Below, in pieces: positions 10,908-20,667 of a stretch of 64,000 bases of DNA. The position numbers were made by a program, and so were the translations under genes. The notes under the pieces were generated by a model. That model saw only the letters and a program-made list of their open reading frames with translations. It was not told where the DNA came from and ran no database searches. How positions within the stretch are numbered: position 1 is the stretch's first letter; every line of letters begins with the position of its first letter. The stretch lies in IMG/VR virus record IMGVR_UViG_3300044922_001008; one strand, given 5' to 3'. This DNA comes from an uncultured virus (IMG/VR IMGVR_UViG_3300044922_001008) (taxonomy: Duplodnaviria > Heunggongvirae > Uroviricota > Caudoviricetes).

Positions 10908-13900
10908 ATGTCTAATAATTTCCCCCCAATTCCTGTATATCCAAAAAATTACGATACTGATCGTACTTTGTATTTGGTTTATAACACCAGTGAAACCGTA
11001 ACAACCTCAGATAATCATCCTTGGGAAGCAAACATCGAGATTTATCCTGTTAATGCAGATGAAAATGAAATTTGGGCGAACAATGGATATGCAAATATAA
11101 GTGGAGAGCTTTTTTATTATGGCGGTGTATTAAAAAACAATAATGGTAAAGTTTATAAATTAACTAATTGCACGAGAAATTTAGGTGGAACAAAAACTAA
11201 ATATAATTATGCTGGATCGGAAATAAGAGGATTTGTAGTATCAGAACACCACAATCAACTTGCTGATGCAATTATAAAGACTCAAAATTTTATTGGTTTT
11301 AATTTTACAACAGATCAAACAACATTGGATTGGAGAATTAGAAATTTATCTGAACTCGAAGTGATTTTTGACGACTTCACATGTCCAGATGTAACTTTCT
11401 TTTTTGCAATCACATCAATTAGTCCAGTAACTGGAACAATAGCAACATATAATGTTGAAATTACTGGTTCATATAAAAGTTTCAGACTCGACTTCGGTGA
11501 TGGTAAATTTACAAGTACTAATTTATCTGGCACACATGTTTATGCAGCAAATACCACAATAGATCCTGTGATTCAAGTGAATACAGACCAATGTACTGTT
11601 GTGCAAAGTCCTTCAGAAAGAGAGATAGCCAAGCAGCCTAATATACAAACTCCAAATCAACCTTTAGAGTTTTTAATTCCAAATATTCCAGATATACCAC
11701 AACTTATAATACCTACAATTAATTTGCCTACAATTAATGTTCAGCCACCACCAATTGTATTTCCTTGTTTAGACATTGGACCATTAGGTCCAATTAATAT
11801 TCCATCAATTATTGTTGTAGATCCTCCAATTCCAACGATAATTACTTTCGGTCCTTTACCTAATTTTTGTAGTACGATTAATTTTGGTCCACTTAAGTTA
11901 CCAACGATTATAGATTTTGGACCTCTTCCAACATTTCCTTCAATTGTAATTAGTAGTTTTCCAACATTCCCAACTATGATTGAATTTGGTCCATTTCCAG
12001 TATGCAGCATCATAAACTTTGGTCCAATTATATGCCCAACACTTATTTCATTTGGTCCTTTAAATATACCAACAATTATTAGTTTTGGTCCATTAACATT
12101 CCCAACGATAATTACCTTTGGTCCAATTAATATCCCAACGATAATTACCTTTGGTCCACTACCAACATTGCCAACAATTATAAACTTTGGTCCATTGCCT
12201 AATTTTTGTAGCATAATCCAGTTTGGACCATTGAAACTACCAACGATAATTACTTTTGGTCCACTGCCAACATTCCCAACGATAATTACTTTTGGACCTA
12301 TGCCAACATTCCCAACGATAATTAGTTTTGGTCCATTCCCTGTTTGTAGTCTTATAAATTTTGGTCCATTAACTTGCCCAACACTTATTTCATTTGGTCC
12401 TTTAACCATACCAACGATAATTAGTTTTGGTCCATTACCAACATTACCAACGATCATAAACTTTGGTCCATTGCCTAATTTTTGTAGCATAATTCAGTTT
12501 GGACCATCAAGCTTACCATCAATAATTGATTTTGGACCATCAAGCTTGCCAACACAAATTGTTTTTGGACCATCAAGCTTACCAACGATTATAAATTTTG
12601 GACCATTCCCTGTTTGTAGCATTATAAATTTTGGTCCAATCATATGCCCAACACTGATTGTTTTTGGTCCATCAAATTTACCATCAATAATTGATTTTGG
12701 ACCATCAAATCTACCAACACAAATTGTTTTTGGTCCATCAAACATACCAACACAAATTGTTTTTGGTCCATTGACTGGTTTGTGTACTGTAATTCAATTT
12801 GGTCCATCAAGCTTACCATCAATAATTGATTTTGGACCATCAAGCTTGCCAACACAAATTGTTTTTGGTCCATCAAATATACCAACACAAATTGTTTTTG
12901 GTCCATCAAGCTTACCAACGATTATAAATTTTGGACCATTTCCTGTTTGTAGTCTTATAAACTTTGGTCCATTGAATTGCCCAACACTGATTGTTTTTGG
13001 TCCATCAAATTTACCATCAATAATTGATTTTGGACCATCAAGTTTGCCAACACAAATTGTTTTTGGACCATCAAGTTTGCCAACACAAATTGTTTTTGGT
13101 CCATCAAACATACCAACACAAATTGTTTTTGGTCCATTGACTGGTTTGTGTACTGTAATTCAATTTGGTCCATCAAGCTTACCATCAATAATTGATTTTG
13201 GACCATCAAGCTTGCCAACACAAATTGTTTTTGGTCCATCAAACATACCAACACAAATTGTTTTTGGTCCATCAAGCTTACCAACGATTATAAATTTTGG
13301 TCCATCAAATTTACCAACACTTATAAATTTTGGTCCATCAAATTTACCAACACTTATAAATTTTGGTCCATCAAGCTTACCAACACAAATTGTTTTTGGT
13401 CCATCAAACATACCAACACAAATTGTTTTTGGTCCATTGACTGGTTTGTGTACTGTAATTCAATTTGGTCCATCAAGCTTACCATCAATAATTGATTTTG
13501 GACCATCAAGCTTGCCAACACAAATTGTTTTTGGACCATCAAGCTTACCAACGATTATAAATTTTGGACCATTCCCTGTTTGTAGTCTTATAAACTTTGG
13601 TCCATTGAATTGCCCAACACTGATTGTTTTTGGTCCATCAAATTTACCATCAATAATTGATTTTGGACCATCAAGTTTGCCAACACAAATTGTTTTTGGT
13701 CCATCAAACATACCAACACAAATTGTTTTTGGTCCATTGACTGGTTTGTGTACTGTAATTCAATTTGGTCCATCAAGCTTACCATCAATAATTGATTTTG
13801 GACCATCAAGCTTGCCAACACAAATTGTTTTTGGTCCATCAAATATACCAACACAAATTGTTTTTGGTCCATCAAATATACCAACACAAATTGTTTTTGG

Positions 13901-14840
13901 TCCATCAAATTTACCAACACTTATAAATTTTGGTCCATCAAATTTACCAACACTTATAAATTTTGGTCCATCAAGCTTACCAACACTTATAAATTTTGGT
14001 CCATCAAATTTACCAACACTTATAAATTTTGGTCCATCAAGCTTACCAACACTTATAAACTTTGGTCCAACAAATTTGCCTTCACTTATAAACTTTGGTC
14101 CAACAAATTTGCCGACAGTTATAAATATAAGTTTTGGTCCTAATCCAACATTTCCAAATATAAATTTTGGTCCACCACCAACTGTAAGTGTTGATTGGGG
14201 TACTCCACCAACCGTAAGTTGCACGATAAGTATTGTTTGTCCTGCTGCAAGTTCGTCTCCATTCGCTTCAAGATTTGCCGATGAACCAATAGATCCAACT
14301 ATGAATGTGGAAATTTCAGATCTTGGAATACCAAGCATTATTAGGGTTATTGCACCTGTAATTCCAGATATAAAGATATTGCATGATGTTCCTGCTCTTA
14401 TTAGGGTCGAAGCTTTAAAGGTTCCATCATCAATTAGTTTAATTAGTGACTTCCAAATACCAAGTGAAATAAGATTAATTTCTACGGATTTACCAAGAGA
14501 AATAAAATTAGTTTCTGAAAATATACCAAGCACAATTGAAATTGATGCAAGTAAAATTCCTAATTTCATTCGTTTGGAAATGCCAGATAATTTCCCAACA
14601 TTAATTAAAATTGATGGAAGTGGAATACCAGATAAAATTCAAGTTGTTGGTATACCTCCACAAATTGAAATTGTTGGTAGCATACCTTCTGAAATTAGAC
14701 TTGTTATGCCAGATAAACCAGAAATAGAGATGGTTTATAGAGGTGCGCCAATTGATGTTAAAATACAACTTGATGTAAGCAAATTAAATGGCGATAGCCA
14801 AAAAGGTCAATGCGTAGCTATAGTTCCTTGTGGAGATTAA
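10908..14840 (+). CDS. PKD-like, FGP-repeat fibre-like protein (paralog 3)
   Basis: 1310 aa; shared N-terminal domain (SEHHNQL), LDFGDG..HVY PKD-like motif, about 70 P-x-x-I-x-FGP repeats. Confidence 0.75.
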   Translation: MSNNFPPIPVYPKNYDTDRTLYLVYNTSETVTTSDNHPWEANIEIYPVNADENEIWANNGYANISGELFYYGGVLKNNNGKVYKLTNCTRNLGGTKTKYNYAGSEIRGFVVSEHHNQLADAIIKTQNFIGFNFTTDQTTLDWRIRNLSELEVIFDDFTCPDVTFFFAITSISPVTGTIATYNVEITGSYKSFRLDFGDGKFTSTNLSGTHVYAANTTIDPVIQVNTDQCTVVQSPSEREIAKQPNIQTPNQPLEFLIPNIPDIPQLIIPTINLPTINVQPPPIVFPCLDIGPLGPINIPSIIVVDPPIPTIITFGPLPNFCSTINFGPLKLPTIIDFGPLPTFPSIVISSFPTFPTMIEFGPFPVCSIINFGPIICPTLISFGPLNIPTIISFGPLTFPTIITFGPINIPTIITFGPLPTLPTIINFGPLPNFCSIIQFGPLKLPTIITFGPLPTFPTIITFGPMPTFPTIISFGPFPVCSLINFGPLTCPTLISFGPLTIPTIISFGPLPTLPTIINFGPLPNFCSIIQFGPSSLPSIIDFGPSSLPTQIVFGPSSLPTIINFGPFPVCSIINFGPIICPTLIVFGPSNLPSIIDFGPSNLPTQIVFGPSNIPTQIVFGPLTGLCTVIQFGPSSLPSIIDFGPSSLPTQIVFGPSNIPTQIVFGPSSLPTIINFGPFPVCSLINFGPLNCPTLIVFGPSNLPSIIDFGPSSLPTQIVFGPSSLPTQIVFGPSNIPTQIVFGPLTGLCTVIQFGPSSLPSIIDFGPSSLPTQIVFGPSNIPTQIVFGPSSLPTIINFGPSNLPTLINFGPSNLPTLINFGPSSLPTQIVFGPSNIPTQIVFGPLTGLCTVIQFGPSSLPSIIDFGPSSLPTQIVFGPSSLPTIINFGPFPVCSLINFGPLNCPTLIVFGPSNLPSIIDFGPSSLPTQIVFGPSNIPTQIVFGPLTGLCTVIQFGPSSLPSIIDFGPSSLPTQIVFGPSNIPTQIVFGPSNIPTQIVFGPSNLPTLINFGPSNLPTLINFGPSSLPTLINFGPSNLPTLINFGPSSLPTLINFGPTNLPSLINFGPTNLPTVINISFGPNPTFPNINFGPPPTVSVDWGTPPTVSCTISIVCPAASSSPFASRFADEPIDPTMNVEISDLGIPSIIRVIAPVIPDIKILHDVPALIRVEALKVPSSISLISDFQIPSEIRLISTDLPREIKLVSENIPSTIEIDASKIPNFIRLEMPDNFPTLIKIDGSGIPDKIQVVGIPPQIEIVGSIPSEIRLVMPDKPEIEMVYRGAPIDVKIQLDVSKLNGDSQKGQCVAIVPCGD
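11832..14177 (+). repeat. Coding tandem repeat, 33/36-bp units (11-12 aa, PxxIxFGPxxx) with higher-order blocks
   Basis: TTTGGT/ACCA recurs every 33-36 bp; the block starting ttgactggtttgtgtact occurs at 12771, 13137, 13437 and 13737. Confidence 0.95.
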
Positions 14841-14863
14841 TTTTCCAAAACTATATTATAAAT

Positions 14864-15709
14864 ATGAAAGCTAAAATAAAATCATACGAAGATGGTAACC
14901 AACATATAAGAACTCCGCATGGCATGTGGGTTAGAAATTTTACCAACAACAATTATCAATATAAAGATTTAAATAAAACTTATAAAAAATCAGATTATTT
15001 TACATTTCTAAAAAATGAAGTTCAAAATAGCATGCAAAGATTTACATGGATAGAACATGAAAATTTTTCTCATGATACAATCGTCATTGTTTCTGATGGT
15101 TTTGATTTTTCAAAAAAACAACACTTACTTGAGAAAATTCCAAACAATGTAACATTGATTGGAGTTTTGGGAAGTTTATCTAAATGGACAATTAAACGAC
15201 CTTTAGATTATTATCTTGTAAATAATCCCTATGAAACTTGCATGAAATATTTTAATAGACGCATGCGTAACATGCCAAAATGTATAGCCTCATTAAAAAC
15301 TGACTCTAATTTTTTAATGAACTACAGGGGATTAGTATTCAAATATTTATCAGTATATGAAGACGAATACAGATCTAAATATGTAAAAGAAGTTGAATTG
15401 CAAATTGATGACTATAGAAATCCAATTTGTGCAGCCTTGCATTTTTCTTTTAAATTTGGAGCATCTAAAATCATATTATTTTGTTGTGACGATAGTTTTC
15501 AAGGAGAAAGACCGGGATCTGAAAAGCTTGAAAATGGATTGTATCAATATCCTCCACAACAAATAGCTCATGAATTAATTGATGCTAAAATGTTTTGGCT
15601 AAATAAAATGAAATATCAAGAAATTGAAATATTTGATCATTCTAGTGGTGCAACTTATCAAAATGCTACATATATAGAATCAGAAGATTTTGAAAAATTG
15701 TTTATATAG
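14864..15709 (+). CDS. Rossmann-like glycosyltransferase-related protein (MAF/DUF115-like)
   Basis: TIVIVSDGFDF, LDYYLVNNP, NPICAALHFSFKFGASKIILFCCDDSF; ATG at 14864 preferred to the ORF-track start at 14810. Confidence 0.5.
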   Translation: MKAKIKSYEDGNQHIRTPHGMWVRNFTNNNYQYKDLNKTYKKSDYFTFLKNEVQNSMQRFTWIEHENFSHDTIVIVSDGFDFSKKQHLLEKIPNNVTLIGVLGSLSKWTIKRPLDYYLVNNPYETCMKYFNRRMRNMPKCIASLKTDSNFLMNYRGLVFKYLSVYEDEYRSKYVKEVELQIDDYRNPICAALHFSFKFGASKIILFCCDDSFQGERPGSEKLENGLYQYPPQQIAHELIDAKMFWLNKMKYQEIEIFDHSSGATYQNATYIESEDFEKLFI

Positions 15710-15717
15710 GTATTTTT

Positions 15718-16011
15718 ATGCACAACCCGTTTAATTTTTTTAATTTGTCTGATTTCAAAAAGTGGGTAACCACTCATTCTGAAAATGAAAATGAGAATGA
15801 TTCAATCATAGGAAAGAAAATCAAAGCCAAAAGTGGAATTGAAAATTTTGATGAGAAAATATCTCTTGAAATGGGCGATGAATATGATGTGGTCAAACAA
15901 TTCCTCGAATTTGGCGGAATAGTAACAGAACAAGATGGCAATAAGTTTTTAATTGAAGTTGATGCTGGATCATTTGTTTGCCACAAAAGATTCTTAAAAA
16001 AAGTCAACTAA
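15718..16011 (+). CDS. Hypothetical protein
   Basis: 97 aa ORF with AGGT RBS. Confidence 0.55.
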   Translation: MHNPFNFFNLSDFKKWVTTHSENENENDSIIGKKIKAKSGIENFDEKISLEMGDEYDVVKQFLEFGGIVTEQDGNKFLIEVDAGSFVCHKRFLKKVN

Positions 16012-16375
16012 GCTTTCTTATCATTGTTATTGTTTGTTGTATATTTTTTACTGATATTTCTGGATAAGCGTTTGAATAGCCTGTTCCATAAATTGGAACA
16101 TTAGAAATTGGCAAATTATAATATCCACGATTTGTGATTTGTTCCCTTAATTCTGCATAAGATAATGCTGATTCGATCCAAGGTTCATATAGAAATCTAT
16201 TATCGTAAATTTCTTTTGATATTATTTCTTGGTAATCTACAGGAAGTTGTAAATCAGCCAAATCAGATACTCTACTTACTATTATTTTTTTCCCACGAAA
16301 TTGACTAAGTATTTTTATACCAGATTTATCTCTTCTTCCAAGATATATCCAAATTATTGCATCATTTACTGCCAT
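16004..16375 (-). CDS. Hypothetical protein
   Basis: 123 aa ORF filling the gap between convergent genes. Confidence 0.55.
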   Translation of the reverse strand: MAVNDAIIWIYLGRRDKSGIKILSQFRGKKIIVSRVSDLADLQLPVDYQEIISKEIYDNRFLYEPWIESALSYAELREQITNRGYYNLPISNVPIYGTGYSNAYPEISVKNIQQTITMIRKLS

Positions 16376-16496
16376 TTTCTTTTACCTCTTTACCGCAAAA
16401 TTCTTCAAATAAAACTTCTAAAAGTATTCTCTTATAAATATCATCTTCTCCTAAGTTAGAGGAGAATATATTAATTGCTTCCATAAAAGTTTTCAT
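16362..16496 (-). CDS. Small hypothetical protein (44 aa, not in ORF track)
   Basis: Manually translated MKTFMEAINIFSSNLGEDDIYKRILLEVLFEEFCGKEVKENGSK; overlaps the start of the next minus-strand gene. Confidence 0.4.
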   Translation of the reverse strand: MKTFMEAINIFSSNLGEDDIYKRILLEVLFEEFCGKEVKENGSK

Positions 16497-16515
16497 TTTT
16501 TCGGTATCATGATCC

Positions 16516-17127
16516 ATGACATTACCTTTTGAACAATATTTGAAAGTTAAAAATAATTACTGTTTCTGCTATTTCGGAAACAATAATGAATTTATCATTT
16601 TACTTAAAATGTTAAGACCATACATGGAGGCAAAATATAAAGGAGTAAGCATTTATATTGCTTGCAAGGATGAATCATATTATTTATTGCAGGATGAACC
16701 AAGATGTGTAAGAAAAAGCAATTTTAAAAAAGAAAATTATTGTTATGTTCGAAATATTATGACTGATTTTAAACAACATCCAATTCACGAGCTACTAATA
16801 GAGTCGGACATAAAACCACCAATATTATCACAGCCAAGTAAGGAAATAACTTCAAAAATTTACATTTATACAAATGGAGATATACCAACTAAATCATTAT
16901 CTTCGCAACATGTTGAAAAATTAGTTAAAAATTTAGAATCTAAAGGAAAAAATTGCTTTGTAAATGAAAATCATGACGAATATTCTTCAATATATTCTGT
17001 TGAAAATGAAACATTGCTGAATTGTGCTTTAAAAAATATAAATTGCACATTAATTGATTCTGGTCTTGGAACGGCTTTATATAAAGCTATTTTTCCTCAA
17101 ATTAATGTTATAAGCATGAATTGGTAA
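16516..17127 (+). CDS. Divergent GT-B / GT9-like protein
   Basis: LKMLRPYMEAKYKGVSIYIAC and PTKSLSSQHVEKLV parallel the GT9 gene at 17882. Confidence 0.4.
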   Translation: MTLPFEQYLKVKNNYCFCYFGNNNEFIILLKMLRPYMEAKYKGVSIYIACKDESYYLLQDEPRCVRKSNFKKENYCYVRNIMTDFKQHPIHELLIESDIKPPILSQPSKEITSKIYIYTNGDIPTKSLSSQHVEKLVKNLESKGKNCFVNENHDEYSSIYSVENETLLNCALKNINCTLIDSGLGTALYKAIFPQINVISMNW

Positions 17128-17209
17128 AAAAATAGATAAATCACCAATGAGAAGTTATATCCAAAAATATATATAAAAATGAAATTCATTCTATAACAAG
17201 AGGAGAAAC

Positions 17210-17788
17210 ATGAGCGAATTCAGAGTAAAACTAAATAATAGCAAGCAGGGAACAATGGATGTTAATCCCGCAACACAGTCTCAATTCTCTACTTCTGTTC
17301 AAAGAACTATTTTTGTTCAAGGTCCGGGAAGAAAATATCGAAAACTTTTTGATGGTGAGGAATTTGTTGACTGCAATTATTGGAAACAATTTGCATATCC
17401 TCAAGTTGGAGAAGACCAAGCCTTTATTGAAGTTATTTCTGACGATGGCTCTATCTATAGTGAAAATCCAGCAGAAAACAACTTCCCATCAGTTTACACT
17501 TTGACAGTGTCTCCTTCATCAGCATATGAAGATAATGTTATTGATATATCTGGTGATACTGGTTCATTCTCTAATTTTGTACAAATTACTAATTTTGGAG
17601 AAAACCAAATAAATATTAGAATCAATGGTTTGGAAAGTGCTATATTCGTACTTGGTCAATCAGAAACTCAAGTTTTCAATAGTGGCGATTTATTGGTCAC
17701 AAAATTAGAATTTACAAATACTATTTCTGGTGCAATTGATGCAGATGTTCAAGTTCTTTGTTCTGTAAGAAGATCTTGTTTGAGTTAA
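17210..17788 (+). CDS. Hypothetical protein, possibly structural (beta-rich)
   Basis: 192 aa, strong GAGGAG RBS, followed by a terminator. Confidence 0.55.
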   Translation: MSEFRVKLNNSKQGTMDVNPATQSQFSTSVQRTIFVQGPGRKYRKLFDGEEFVDCNYWKQFAYPQVGEDQAFIEVISDDGSIYSENPAENNFPSVYTLTVSPSSAYEDNVIDISGDTGSFSNFVQITNFGENQINIRINGLESAIFVLGQSETQVFNSGDLLVTKLEFTNTISGAIDADVQVLCSVRRSCLS

Positions 17789-17831
17789 AAATATGTTACT
17801 ATGAACTTACAAAAGTAAGATTATCTAAATC

Positions 17832-17870
17832 AAAAAAATACCACTATTTTAAGATAGTGGTATTTTTTTT
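17832..17870. terminator. Rho-independent (bidirectional-type) terminator
   Basis: AAAAAAATACCACTAT-tttaag-ATAGTGGTATTTTTTTT hairpin with A and T tracts. Confidence 0.8.
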
Positions 17871-17881
17871 GAAGAGAAACA

Positions 17882-18844
17882 ATGGCTGAATTAAAGAAAA
17901 GCAATTATAAAAAGAAAATTTTAACTCTTAAAAATTTTCATGAAATTAAAGATAAAGTTCTTATTTGGCATGATAAGGGTGGTCTTGGCGATGTTTTTAT
18001 GCAGCGCATGATATTTGATGATATTAGAAGAAATTTGCCAAATGCAGAAATAACTTTTGCATGTTTGCCAGAGTATTTAGATGCTGCAGTTGATCATCCA
18101 GCGATTGATAAATTTGTTGATGCCAGAACTGTAAATTTAGATGATTATATCCATTGTTTTAATACATGTGTAACCATAGTTAATCGATATGAAAATTATA
18201 ATGCTCCTAATTATAATGAAAATAGAAGTGATATTTGGGCAAGATATTGTGGAATATCGTTAACATCACATGAAATGAACTTTGTTTTAAATAAATCATT
18301 AAGAGATTCAGTTAAAGAAAAATTAGATAAATATAGAAAAGTTGGTAAGCCATTAATTGGTTTTGCTCCAAAATCAAAAATGATCGTGAAAAGTTTACTT
18401 CCAGAACAAATCCAAGCAATAGCAAATAGGTGCAAAGATTATTCGTTAGTTGCTTTCCACAAAGAAGAACTTAGTGAATGTAAAAAACTAGGCATACCCA
18501 CAATAAGTAACATAAGCATAAAAGAACTTATATGCTATGTCGATTGTGTTGACTATATGATTACTGTAGATACAGCAGCCTTTCATTTAGCTGGTGGGTT
18601 AAAAAAACCATTATGTGGTATTTTTACATTTGCCGATGGGAAAGTTTATGGAAAACATTATGAATTTATTCTTATTCAAAAACATAGAGATAATGGAAAT
18701 TGGGATTGTGGACCTTGTTTTATACATGGAAACTGTCCAAAATCAAAAAAACAAATTAAACCTTGTTTGACAGAATTATCTTCTAATGAATTAATTGAAG
18801 GAATTGACAAAATGTTTCAAAAATGGAATTACAAATCTTTATAA
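17882..18844 (+). CDS. Glycosyltransferase family 9 (ADP-heptose:LPS heptosyltransferase-like)
   Basis: GGLGDV, PNAEITFAC, ITVDTAAFHLAGGLKKPLCGIF, C-terminal CGPC...C...PC cluster. Confidence 0.85.
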   Translation: MAELKKSNYKKKILTLKNFHEIKDKVLIWHDKGGLGDVFMQRMIFDDIRRNLPNAEITFACLPEYLDAAVDHPAIDKFVDARTVNLDDYIHCFNTCVTIVNRYENYNAPNYNENRSDIWARYCGISLTSHEMNFVLNKSLRDSVKEKLDKYRKVGKPLIGFAPKSKMIVKSLLPEQIQAIANRCKDYSLVAFHKEELSECKKLGIPTISNISIKELICYVDCVDYMITVDTAAFHLAGGLKKPLCGIFTFADGKVYGKHYEFILIQKHRDNGNWDCGPCFIHGNCPKSKKQIKPCLTELSSNELIEGIDKMFQKWNYKSL

Positions 18845-18875
18845 TGATAAACTATATTAAATACAAGAGGTTAAA

Positions 18876-19106
18876 TTGGCACAACTTATAAAGTCTAGTG
18901 ATGTTAAAGTAATTACGAAAGATGGCGAATGTAAGCTTTCTATAAGTATTGATTTAAATATCAATTTGAATACCTTAGGTGTTGCAGTTAATGCACAAGC
19001 AGCAAAAGTTAGTGATGAAAAAGAAGAAAAGAAAAAAGATGATGTTGCTTGGCAAATACCCGATTTTGGAAATGTACCAAAATTAAACTTTGGGAAAAAA
19101 TCATAA
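18876..19106 (+). CDS. Small hypothetical protein upstream of the actin-like ATPase
   Basis: 76 aa, TTG start with GAGG RBS. Confidence 0.6.
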   Translation: MAQLIKSSDVKVITKDGECKLSISIDLNINLNTLGVAVNAQAAKVSDEKEEKKKDDVAWQIPDFGNVPKLNFGKKS

Positions 19107-19115
19107 GGAGAAAAT

Positions 19116-20120
19116 ATGGCAATTGGATTTGATGTTGGAACCTACAATTTGGTTTGCTGCCAAAGAGATGAAAATAAAAATTTTGTAAATCATCGTGAAA
19201 TAAATGCGTTTATTGAACTTCCTTTAGAAAACAGATATGTATTTGACATGATGAAACAAGCTGGTGCGCCTATTATTGAGCGAGACGATGTTGCTTATGT
19301 AATTGGAGAAGCTGCAGTAAATATGGCATATACAATTAGCCAACTTGAGCTTAAACGACCAATGTCTGGTGGATGTGTTAATCCAAAAGAAAAAGATGCT
19401 TTTCAAATTTTGAATATTATGATTCATAGCTTGCTTGATGGTGTAAAACAAGACAATGAAACTTTATATTATTGCGTTCCAGCAAATGCAATTAATGAAG
19501 ATACTGATGCCGATTATCATACTAAGGTTCTTGAGGCTATTTTCAAGGCATACGAATCTGATAAGGGATATAAAGTTAACGCACATCCAATCAACGAAGC
19601 ATTAGCATTGGTTTATGCAGAATTGGGTAAAAAAGCATATACGGGAATTGGCATTTCTTTTGGTGCCGGAATGGTAAACCTTTGTTATTCGATGTATGGA
19701 AATCCATTATTTAAATTTGCCATTGTAAATAGTGGCGATTGGATTGACAGACAAGCTGCAAAGGCTACTGGCGATACTCCTACTTATATCAATAAAGAAA
19801 AAACAAAAGTTGATTTGGGTGCTGTTCCAACAACTATGGTTGAACGAGCAATTCAAACCCAATATAGAATTATGATTGAGCATACAATCGCTGAAATTAA
19901 AAAAGGATTATCAACTTCCAACAAAGCAGTCCATAGTGATACGCCTGTAGATATCGTAATTGCTGGTGGTACATCTTCTCCTCCCGGTTTTGATAAGATG
20001 TTTAGAGATACGATCATGCAAGCCAAATTGCCAATTAAAATTGGTGATGTTATTCGTCCAGAAGACCCACTCTATAGTGTGGCTCGTGGATGTTTAATTG
20101 CTGCAGAAAACGCAAGATAA
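19116..20120 (+). CDS. Actin-fold ATPase (MreB/MamK/FtsA/ParM superfamily)
   Basis: Phosphate-1 IGFDVGTYN, connect-1 INEALA, phosphate-2 GISFGAGMVN, adenosine IVIAGGTS, connect-2 DPLYSVARG. Confidence 0.85.
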   Translation: MAIGFDVGTYNLVCCQRDENKNFVNHREINAFIELPLENRYVFDMMKQAGAPIIERDDVAYVIGEAAVNMAYTISQLELKRPMSGGCVNPKEKDAFQILNIMIHSLLDGVKQDNETLYYCVPANAINEDTDADYHTKVLEAIFKAYESDKGYKVNAHPINEALALVYAELGKKAYTGIGISFGAGMVNLCYSMYGNPLFKFAIVNSGDWIDRQAAKATGDTPTYINKEKTKVDLGAVPTTMVERAIQTQYRIMIEHTIAEIKKGLSTSNKAVHSDTPVDIVIAGGTSSPPGFDKMFRDTIMQAKLPIKIGDVIRPEDPLYSVARGCLIAAENAR

Positions 20121-20142
20121 AACAAAGAAAGAAAGAAAAAAC

Positions 20143-20595
20143 ATGGCAAATTATAAAAACATTAGTGATCTTGGTGCTGCAGCATATTTACTTATGCATG
20201 ATTATAAGGTGGTTGGAAAAAGAGGAAAAGATATTCTTTTTTCGACAGATGAAAATAAATCAAACGATCATTTTGATCAATTGACTCTTGATTATTTATC
20301 GAGTGAATTTCATCGTTTTGACGCATGTATTATGTCTTTGAAAAAAATTGGAGACTATTCATTTCAAGCAAAAAGTCAAAGATATGTTACAGATTTAGGT
20401 GCTGCAGCTTATATCCTTATGCACAAATATAAAGTTCTTGGGAAAAAAGGAAAAGCTGTTTATTTTGAAATTGATGATGATGGAAGTGATAAATTTGATG
20501 AACTTTCCCTTGAATATTTATCAAGTGAATTTCACCGATTTGATTCTTGTTTGATGTCTTTGAAGAAAATCAATGAATATGTTAGCAATCAATAA
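20143..20595 (+). CDS. Tandem-duplicated small-domain protein (DUF5659-like)
   Basis: Two copies of (S/T)DLGAAAY.LMH.YKV.GK.GK...F..L.L.YLSSEFHRFD.C.MSLKKI. Confidence 0.6.
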   Translation: MANYKNISDLGAAAYLLMHDYKVVGKRGKDILFSTDENKSNDHFDQLTLDYLSSEFHRFDACIMSLKKIGDYSFQAKSQRYVTDLGAAAYILMHKYKVLGKKGKAVYFEIDDDGSDKFDELSLEYLSSEFHRFDSCLMSLKKINEYVSNQ

Positions 20596-20667
20596 GTCAA
20601 TTTAAGTAATTCAAATCATATATATCTTTGAATAGCAGCATTTTTGTTGCACCTATTAGGAGTTATT

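Noticed and set aside
11741..14569. Many minus-strand ORFs (GPK.. and MDQKQF.. repeats) and a CRISPR-like 33-bp periodicity
   Set aside because: They are shadows of the in-frame coding repeat in 10908..14840; there are no unique spacers between repeats
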